A stretch of DNA of 64,000 bases from an uncultured Alphaproteobacteria bacterium. GTDB lineage: Bacteria > Pseudomonadota > Alphaproteobacteria > CAVTAV01. The stretch's first letter is position 1. Each line of letters opens with the position of its first letter. The DNA lies in NCBI GenBank assembly GCA_963732795.1, contig CAVTAV010000003.1, positions 194,674 through 258,673 on the forward strand, given 5' to 3'. The notes below the pieces were generated by a model that worked only from the letters and a program-made list of their open reading frames with translations, did not search any database and was not told the DNA's origin. Of the stretch, positions 33,543 to 40,668 are shown one piece after another. A program made the position numbers and the translations under genes.

Positions 33543-34568
33543 TTATCTCTTGATCATCGACCACTTGTCCTCGACCAGTTTCACGACGCTGTCCGGGATC
33601 GGGACATAGTCCAGCGATTCGGCCATTTCGTCGCCGTTCTCGTAAGCCCACTTGAAGAAGTCCAACGCGGTCTGCGCCGCTTTCGGATCGGCCGGGTCCT
33701 TATACATTAGGATGAAGCTCGCACCCACGATCGGCCAACTGGTGGCGCCGGGCTGGTTGGTCAGGATGAGATAGTAGCCGGGAGCGTTGGCCCAGTCGGC
33801 ATTGGCGGCCGCGGCCTGGAACGCGGTGGTCTTGGGCACCACAGTCTGACCGTCCTTGTTGATCATCTTCATGTAGGTCAGGTGGTTCTGCATCACATAG
33901 GCATACTCGACATAGCCGATTGCGCCGCGGGTGCGGGCCGTCATGTTGGCGACGCCTTCGTTGCCCTTCGCACCGATGCCGGCGGGCCACTGGACGGAGG
34001 CGTTGGCGCCGACCGTCTCGGCCCATCCGGGCTGAGTTGCTGAGATAGGTGTGAACAGGAACGTCGTGCCCGAGCCTTCCGCGCGATGGACCGGAGCGAT
34101 CGCAATGTCCGGCAGCTTCACACCGGGGTTCAGTGCCTGGATCGCCGGGTCGTTCCACTTCTTGATGTCGCCGAGATAGATGGCGGCCAGCGTCGGGCCG
34201 TCGATGGTAAGTTCGCCCGGCTTGATGCCCGGCAGATGTTCACGACCGGAATAACGCCGCCGATGACCATCGGCCATTGGATGAGGCCGGCTGCATTCAG
34301 CTTTTCCGGCATCAAGGCATATCGGAAGCGCCGAACGTGACGGTCTTGGCTTGATCTGCTTGATGCCGCCGCCGGAACCGATGGACTGATAGTTCAGGCC
34401 AATTCCGGTCTTAGTCTTTATACGCGGCGGCCCATTTCGAATAGACGGATACGGGAACGTCGCGCCTGCGCCGGAAATGTTTTCCGCCATCGCGGTCGAC
34501 GAGCCGACCGTGAATGCACCTATGACAAGTGCGCCTAGGAGCCCGACGATAGTCGATTTGGCTTTCAC
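33543..34568 (-). CDS. pstS: Phosphate-binding periplasmic protein PstS (compensating frame breaks)
   Basis: Signal peptide, GAGATFPYP, NYQSIGSGGG, GSGTT, GAKGNEGV, IGYVEYAY. Confidence 0.95.
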   Translation of the reverse strand: MKAKSTIVGLLGALVIGAFTVGSSTAMAENISGAGATFPYPSIRNGPPRIKTKTGIGLNYQSIGSGGGIKQIKPRPSRSALPICLDAGKAECSRPHPMADGHRRRYSGREHLPGIKPGELTIDGPTLAAIYLGDIKKWNDPAIQALNPGVKLPDIAIAPVHRAEGSGTTFLFTPISATQPGWAETVGANASVQWPAGIGAKGNEGVANMTARTRGAIGYVEYAYVMQNHLTYMKMINKDGQTVVPKTTAFQAAAANADWANAPGYYLILTNQPGATSWPIVGASFILMYKDPADPKAAQTALDFFKWAYENGDEMAESLDYVPIPDSVVKLVEDKWSMIKR

Positions 34569-34677
34569 CTTGCTTCTCCCAACGTTGGTTTTGTCAGTAC
34601 GACCGCCTCGCGCATCGGCAGCACGTCACCACCGTATGGACTGCGAGGTTTGATCGCGGTGACGGTAGTGTCGCGCG

Positions 34678-34717
34678 ATGACTGAAATACGATAATTATG
34701 TTGCAGTTTTATGATGG
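34678..34717 (-). promoter_or_regulatory. Pho box array upstream of pstS
   Basis: Minus strand CCATCAT-AAAA-CTGCAAC-ATAA-TTATCGT-ATTT-CAGTCAT: four units at 11-bp period resembling CTGTCAT-N4. Confidence 0.75.
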
Positions 34718-34759
34718 TGGCGATCGCAAAGCCGCTGGAGAGGCTGTGATTTAGACTCG

Positions 34760-36066
34760 TCAGACGCGCGCGGATTCCGATTTAGGTATCGGAAATATAA
34801 CGGAAAATGTCGATCCGACGCCTTCCTTGCTCGTGACCGACAGAGCGCCCCGGTGACGGTTTACGATGTGTTTGACGATCGCGAGGCCGAGGCCGGTTCC
34901 GCCCAGTTCGCGCGACCGCGCCGAATTCCACGCGGTAAAACCGTTCCGTGAGTCGGGGGATATGCTCCTGGGCGATCCCGGGGCCATCGTCCTTGACCGC
35001 AACGATAACGGCGGGTCCCACGATCTGCGGTGCCGATTCCGCTGGCCGGGCCGAAACCTCCACCGTGCCGCCGGGCCGGCCGTATTTCACGGCATTGTCG
35101 ATAAGGTTTTGAAAAACCTCGATCAATTGGTCCCGGTCGCCAAGGATCTTCGGCAGACCTTCCTCGATTTTAAGAGTGACGGTGGCTTGGCGGCCGACGG
35201 CGCGAGGTTGGATCGTTTCCTTGACTCCCCTGAGGACCGCCCGCGAGATCGATCGGCGTGCTCGGCGGCGTATATTCGTCGAGCTCGATCCGTGAAAGCG
35301 ACAGCAGATCTCCGATTAGGCGGGTCATTCGGGCCGATTCGCGCTGCATGATGGCGAGAAATCGCGTGCGGGCCGCCTCATCCTTGCTGGCCGGCCCCTG
35401 TAGCGTCTCGATGAAGCCGACCAGGCTCGCAAGGGGCGTACGCAGCTCATGGCTGACATTGGCGACGAAATCCGCCCGCATCTGCTCGGCGTGTCGAATA
35501 TGGGTAATGTCATGGAGTGCGATCGCCGTGGTCAGGCGGTTGCGCGTGAGAATGCGTGGCGGCGCCGGCATACGCGGGTCCAACAATCTGGTCGCGCGAA
35601 GCAGATAGGTTCTAACCACTGCCCCCGGCACGTTGATTTCCGTGGATTGCTCCGGCCCTCCTGCATCCAGCACGTCGATGGCAGCCAAAGCAGCGGGCTG
35701 GCGCAAATGCAGGGCAATGTCATCTCCGGTGACCGGCCGCCCGAGGAAGGACTCCGCAGCCGAGTTGGCGAAGATGATGCGTCGATTCGAATCGAGGAGA
35801 AGGAACGGGTCCGTCAGGCCATTGAGAAGGGCGGTGCTGAAAACCGGTGATTCGTCGCCGGTATCCGTCGTGATCGTCGTTGTGACGGCGGCGGGCATAG
35901 CGGGTCTGGAGGCCGTGTTGAGCCAGCCCGCAGTGACGGCGCCAAGACTGGAAACAATAATGATCGTGGCCACCCAACCGTATGCGAGACCACCCGCGGC
36001 GCCGAGAATGAGCACAAGCACTTGAACCGCGAAGAGACCGATCAAGATTGAGCGAAGATGGGACAT
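34760..36066 (-). CDS. phoR: Sensor histidine kinase PhoR (frame breaks)
   Basis: Two N-terminal TMs, PAS, H-box [16 protein letters not shown]-box [27 protein letters not shown]. Confidence 0.9.
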
Positions 36067-36153
36067 GACCAGTAAACTAACTGCCCCGTGGCGTCCCGCA
36101 AGCTGGAAAATGTGTCCCGATTTGGTACGCCGACAACGGGCGGAAAGAAGAAA

Positions 36154-36168
36154 TTAACCATAATTTAT
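36154..36168. promoter_or_regulatory. CtrA-like site TTAA-N7-TTAT
   Basis: TTAACCATAATTTAT in the divergent region between phoR and the peptide operon. Confidence 0.5.
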
Positions 36169-36332
36169 AAGGAAAGCTGGGCGTTTTGGCCAAGTTTTTT
36201 CAGTTGGTGTGCCTCTTGCTTCAAATCAAAGCGTCATTCGTCGCCCCGTGTAAAAGGAAACGGTGACAAGTTATCAATATAATTGCTATATTGAATCGTG
36301 TCCGAGTGGGTTTATTAGTACGGAAGAGTTCG

Positions 36333-36683
36333 ATGAACGGTAACGGTCAGCTTCCTCCGCAGTCAGACGAGAATGCCGGGGCCAGCGCGGAGGAGACCAA
36401 GCGGGCGCTTCGGCGTCGCATTCTCAAGGCCGGATTGATCGGTGCGCCGGTGGTGGTGACGCTGCAAAGCAATTCCGCCTGGGCGGCGTCCATGACCTGT
36501 CTTCAGAATCTTAAGGTGCCGGAAGACATCACGACGCCTTACCGGAATTCCGAAGGACCGTTGGTCCCTTATAACAGTCACGATCCGAAGCATGTCGGCT
36601 ATATCAACGCGCTGCAGCACGATCAGACCATGAATGGCATGCCGGGCTATTCCTGCGTCGCGTCGATCATGACCAATACCTGA
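36333..36683 (+). CDS. Small protein with twin-arginine-like leader; candidate modified-peptide precursor (116 aa)
   Basis: GGAAGAG RBS; RRRILKAGLIGAPVVVTLQSNSAWA leader; mature part has two Cys and ends SCVASIMTNT; first gene of the PqqD/kinase operon. Confidence 0.75.
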   Translation: MNGNGQLPPQSDENAGASAEETKRALRRRILKAGLIGAPVVVTLQSNSAWAASMTCLQNLKVPEDITTPYRNSEGPLVPYNSHDPKHVGYINALQHDQTMNGMPGYSCVASIMTNT

Positions 36684-36707
36684 TCGGTCGCACCGGGTTC
36701 GACAATC

Positions 36708-37001
36708 ATGGCCGAATCGGCGGTTAAGTGGGCGGCTTGCGATGGCGAGGCGCTCGTCTGGCGCGACTGGGATGACGGTTCCGCCGTCTATGACACTCGT
36801 TCCGGACAAACCCACATCCTCGATCTGGTCGGGCGGCTCGTGGTCGTCGAGCTCGGAGAGGCGCCCGCGTCCGTCCGGGAGCTCGCCGAGCGCGTAGCCG
36901 AAACCACGGGCGGCGCGCCGGATGCCCCTCTGCGTAACCAATTGCACACCTTATTGGGCGAATTAGAGCACCTCGGAATCATTGAGGTAATCGCCGCGTG
37001 A
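36708..37001 (+). CDS. PqqD-family peptide chaperone (RRE), HprK-related kinase A system
   Basis: 97 aa; WRDWDDGSAVYDTRSGQTHILD strands followed by helices ending LGELEHLGII. Confidence 0.85.
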   Translation: MAESAVKWAACDGEALVWRDWDDGSAVYDTRSGQTHILDLVGRLVVVELGEAPASVRELAERVAETTGGAPDAPLRNQLHTLLGELEHLGIIEVIAA

Positions 37002-37915
37002 GAGTGCAGGATCTCTCCGAAGACGACATCCAGCATCGGTTAAGGTCAGACGGGCTCTATTTCAGGCTCGGGGCCTTCACGACGCGCGTTCGCTCGGTCT
37101 ATCCGGCGATGGCGACCGACTTCCGCCGCCTCTATGGCGCCTGCGAGGTAGATACCCGGGACAGCGAGATCACCGACTTCTTCCTGAACCTTTATGCGCC
37201 GTCCCGAACCCGCAGCATCTTGCGGCCGCAGGTGATGGCGGATGTGGAAGGGCCGGGGCCGTTCATTCCTCTGCCGTCCAAGATGACGTTGCTGATGCTC
37301 GAGACGGCGATGAACTGGTGCGTCGCCTCGCGCGTCCGCTCGATGCTGCTGTTGCACTCCGCCGTGGTCGAAAAGAACGGCAGGGCGGTGATCCTCCCGG
37401 GCCAGTCCGGCTCGGGCAAGAGCACGCTCGCCGCGGCGCTGGTGGCGAATGGGTGGCGGCTTCTCTCCGACGAGTTCGCCTTGATCCGTATCTCCGATGG
37501 AGCCTTGGTGCCCTATCCCAGGCCGATCTCGCTCAAGAATGAATCGATCGAGCGAATGAAGGCGATGTTTCCCGACGGCACCTTCGTCGGCCCGTTCACC
37601 GACACGCCCAAGGGCACGATCGCCTATCTCGCCGCGCCGTCTTCCGCGATCGAGAACGATCAGGTCGCCGTGATGCCGCGCGCCGTCATCTTTCCGACCT
37701 ATGAAAGTGGCGCGTCCCTCAGATCCGACGAATGGCCAAAGGCGGCGGGGCTCGGGCGCATCGCCCTCTATTCGGTCAATTACACGCTGCTCGGCCGCGC
37801 CGGCTTTGAGGCGCTCGCCGACCTCGTCGACCGGTGCACCATCCGGACGGTTACCTATTCCAGCCTCGACGACGCCATCGGCTTCGTCGAGGACACGGTC
37901 GGAACGGAGGCCTGA
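36998..37915 (+). CDS. HprK-related kinase A
   Basis: LHSAVVEKNG, Walker A GQSGSGKST, LLSDE, PRPISLKN, TPKGTIAY; GTGA overlap with the PqqD gene. Confidence 0.9.
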   Translation: MRVQDLSEDDIQHRLRSDGLYFRLGAFTTRVRSVYPAMATDFRRLYGACEVDTRDSEITDFFLNLYAPSRTRSILRPQVMADVEGPGPFIPLPSKMTLLMLETAMNWCVASRVRSMLLLHSAVVEKNGRAVILPGQSGSGKSTLAAALVANGWRLLSDEFALIRISDGALVPYPRPISLKNESIERMKAMFPDGTFVGPFTDTPKGTIAYLAAPSSAIENDQVAVMPRAVIFPTYESGASLRSDEWPKAAGLGRIALYSVNYTLLGRAGFEALADLVDRCTIRTVTYSSLDDAIGFVEDTVGTEA

Positions 37916-37918
37916 GCG

Positions 37919-39064
37919 ATGACCATCCGCCGGCCCCCGGTTCCGGGTCTCGACGTCTTTCTGGACGCCCTCACTCGGCCCGAGACAATGGAGCGTCTGA
38001 AGCCCGTCGAATGGAACGACGTGCTCCGCTTCGCCCGGCAGACCGCGCTGGTCGCCCGGCTGGGCTATCTCGCCCGCGAGGCCGGGATATGGGAGCGTAT
38101 CCCGGAAAAAGCCCGGCAGCATTTCGACTCCGCCGCCGTCATCTCCCGCGACAATCAGCGGATGATCCGCTTCGAGGTTGCAAGGATCGCCGATACGCTC
38201 GCCCATGCCGACGTTCCCTTCGCCCTGCTGAAGGGTGCGGCCTATGTCTGGTCCGGGCTCGACATGTCCCGTGACCGGCTGTCCTCCGACATCGATGTTC
38301 TCGTCGCCCACCGCGACCTCGACGCCGCCGAAGCGGCCGTGAAGCTCGCGGGCTGGGTGCCGATGAAGGGGGAGGATGATTACGACGACTATTATTATCG
38401 CGCCTGGATGCACGAATTGCCGCCGCTCCGCCATCGCGACAGCAACACCGTCATCGATATCCATCACACGATCCTGCCGGTAACGAGCCGTCTGCATCCC
38501 GATCCGGCGCTGCTGCTCGGAGAGATGGTCCCGATCGAGGGCGGGCGGCTGCATGTTCTCGCGCCGAAGGACATCGTTCTCCACGCCGCGGCCCATCTGT
38601 TCTATGACGGCGACTTCGATCGCAGGCTGCGTGACCTTTACGACCTCGACCGACTGCTCGCGCATTTCGGCGAGCGGCCCGGCTTCTGGGATGCCCTTGT
38701 GCGCCGCGCCGACATTCTCAATCTGACACGGCCGCTGTTCTATACGCTCAGATACTGCGCGGCGCTTCTCGGCACGCCGGTTCCGTCAAGCGTGACCGAG
38801 CGTCTCGCCCCAAGCGCGCCGTCCGCTCTTGCGCTCTTCGCGATGGACCGTCTGGTGCCCAGGGTGATCATGCCTCGTAATGCAGACTATCCGAGCCGGC
38901 TGACCTCGTTTGCGGCGCTTCTTCTCTATATTCGGTCGCACTGGCTGAAGATGCCGCCGATGCTGCTGGCGCGGCACTTGCTGCGGAAGGCCTTCAAGCG
39001 GGTCGGATTCGGCGCGGGAGCCGAGGGGACGATGCCCGATGGCCGAAAGGTTTCCCAGCACTAA
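37919..39064 (+). CDS. Nucleotidyltransferase family protein (NTP_transf_5-like)
   Basis: LLKGAAY, SSDIDVLV, YYRAWMHELPP, IDIHH, LRDLYDL, YIRSHWLKMP. Confidence 0.88.
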   Translation: MTIRRPPVPGLDVFLDALTRPETMERLKPVEWNDVLRFARQTALVARLGYLAREAGIWERIPEKARQHFDSAAVISRDNQRMIRFEVARIADTLAHADVPFALLKGAAYVWSGLDMSRDRLSSDIDVLVAHRDLDAAEAAVKLAGWVPMKGEDDYDDYYYRAWMHELPPLRHRDSNTVIDIHHTILPVTSRLHPDPALLLGEMVPIEGGRLHVLAPKDIVLHAAAHLFYDGDFDRRLRDLYDLDRLLAHFGERPGFWDALVRRADILNLTRPLFYTLRYCAALLGTPVPSSVTERLAPSAPSALALFAMDRLVPRVIMPRNADYPSRLTSFAALLLYIRSHWLKMPPMLLARHLLRKAFKRVGFGAGAEGTMPDGRKVSQH

Positions 39065-39197
39065 TCAAATCTTTACTCGGGACCGCTACAAACGCCCTCG
39101 TCCTCGTAGCGAGTAGTAGTATGATGCAGGAGCCGATCCGGTGCCGCCGGTCCGCTTCGTCGGTGGGAGCCCGGCCGAGGACATAATCCCCCAAAGA

Positions 39198-39470
39198 TCA
39201 AACTTCCTCGATATCGAAATCCGCCGCGCGCGAATGATTGCCCACGAAGACGCGGAGCACCCGGCGTCCTTTGAACGCCACGTGCCAGACGCCGTCCTCG
39301 CTCTCGTCCCTGGCGACCGATTCGATGCCGCGCGAGTCATAGGCCGTGCGGGTCTGGATGAAGCTGCGGACTCCTTCCTCGGTGTTGGAGAAGGTTTTGA
39401 CCGGCTTATGGGGATCCTTCCGGGCTACCAGCTTGTCGGTCAGGAGAGACGGCTTCTTGGTCTTGGCCAT
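39198..39470 (-). CDS. Hypothetical protein (90 aa)
   Basis: Clean ORF with GC3-biased codons filling the gap downstream of the DUF3553 gene. Confidence 0.6.
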   Translation of the reverse strand: MAKTKKPSLLTDKLVARKDPHKPVKTFSNTEEGVRSFIQTRTAYDSRGIESVARDESEDGVWHVAFKGRRVLRVFVGNHSRAADFDIEEV

Positions 39471-39569
39471 GATGGTGTGGTTGTACTCACGCGTGGACAG
39501 GGACTCGCGGGCCGATCATATCGGCAAGGTGGCCCCGATGTGTAGGGGCGGCCGGACGCGCCGCTGCAA

Positions 39570-39755
39570 TCAGTCCTCCCGGCGATCGATCCGGACCGGG
39601 ATCAGGTCGATCACCTGGGCGTTTATGAGCCTCTTGCCGGCGTTCTCGAAATTGACCGTCACGCGATCGCCGATGATCGTCTGGATTTGGCCGATGCCCC
39701 AATCCTCCTCCGTCGGGTGACGGACGAAATCGCCGGGTTTGATCAGAAGCGCCAT
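39570..39755 (-). CDS. DUF3553 family small protein
   Basis: PGDFVRHPTEEDWGIGQIQ...VTVNFENAGK; usual position divergent from chpT. Confidence 0.85.
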   Translation of the reverse strand: MALLIKPGDFVRHPTEEDWGIGQIQTIIGDRVTVNFENAGKRLINAQVIDLIPVRIDRRED

Positions 39756-39769
39756 AACCCTTCCTTAAC
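39754..39769 (+). promoter_or_regulatory. CtrA-like site upstream of chpT
   Basis: ATAA-CCCTTCC-TTAAC (N7 spacing). Confidence 0.55.
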
Positions 39770-39859
39770 TCTATCGCGCCTCAATGCCTTCCTTTACAAT
39801 AGAGGCCGCGAACGCGTTCATCAAACCGCCGCTGTCCTTTCCAGCCCGAATGTCCAGGA

Positions 39860-40516
39860 ATGCTTGATCTTAAAGCCAGAATCGATCTCGCCTCGCTGTT
39901 GTCCTCGCGCATTTGCCACGATCTGATCAGTCCGGTCGGCGCTTTGTCGAATGGGATCGAAATCCTGTCCGAGGAATGCGACGACGACATGCGCGACCAG
40001 ACGATCGCGCTTCTCGCCCACAGCGCGACAGAAGCGACGGGACGATTGCAGCTCCTGCGGCTGGCCTTTGGCGGCTCGACCTCGCTCGGCGGCATGATCG
40101 GGCTTGGCGACGCGGAAACCGCGCTCAAGGAATATCTGACGACGACCAAGGTCTCGCTCGACTGGCAGGCGGGGGTCGAAGCCCTGCCCAAGCAGGCCAT
40201 GAAGCTGTTGCTTAACATGGCTCTGGTCGCCACCGAATGCATCATCAGGGCGGGAACCCTGACTGTTCATGCCGCAATTCAGCCGGACGGCGTGCTTCTC
40301 GCAGCGACCGCATCGGGCGACCGGATCATGGTGTCCGACGATATCGCGGCGATCTTCGATGGCACCGCCGGCGACGACGCGATCGATGCCCGCTCGGTGC
40401 CGGCCCTCCTGGCGGTGATGCTGGCCGAGGAAATCGGCGGACGCATTGCCTGGGAACGGGGCCCCAACCGGGAGCTGGTCATCAAGGCCGGGCTGCCGCA
40501 AACGGCAGTTTCCTGA
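39860..40516 (+). CDS. chpT: Histidine phosphotransferase ChpT
   Basis: LLSSRICHDLISPVGALSNGIE, RLAFG, KLLLN; degenerate ATPase domain. Confidence 0.93.
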   Translation: MLDLKARIDLASLLSSRICHDLISPVGALSNGIEILSEECDDDMRDQTIALLAHSATEATGRLQLLRLAFGGSTSLGGMIGLGDAETALKEYLTTTKVSLDWQAGVEALPKQAMKLLLNMALVATECIIRAGTLTVHAAIQPDGVLLAATASGDRIMVSDDIAAIFDGTAGDDAIDARSVPALLAVMLAEEIGGRIAWERGPNRELVIKAGLPQTAVS

Positions 40517-40565
40517 GCGATTCCACGGACTTCGCGGCGTTACGCTTTACAGCTTCTTAATATAT

Positions 40566-40581
40566 TTACGCGACTTTTAAC
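40566..40581 (+). promoter_or_regulatory. CtrA-like site upstream of cheA
   Basis: TTAC-GCGACTT-TTAAC (N7 spacing). Confidence 0.55.
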
Positions 40582-40668
40582 CGGCATTCGATCGGGCCTT
40601 CCCTGGTGCCGATCCTCGCACCGTGTCGCTGGCCAGTCTTTTGCCCCGAACCCCGATACACAGCCGCC

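Noticed and set aside
36333-39064. Calling the peptide operon a lasso peptide cluster
   Set aside because: The operon has no cyclase or B2 protease, the precursor lacks a lasso leader/core pattern, and it carries a Tat-like signal instead.
39086-39184. 32-aa minus-strand ORF (MSSAGLPP...YYYSLRGRGRL) after a GGGGG RBS-like run
   Set aside because: Too short, with atypical codons and no supporting motif; cannot be supported from sequence alone.
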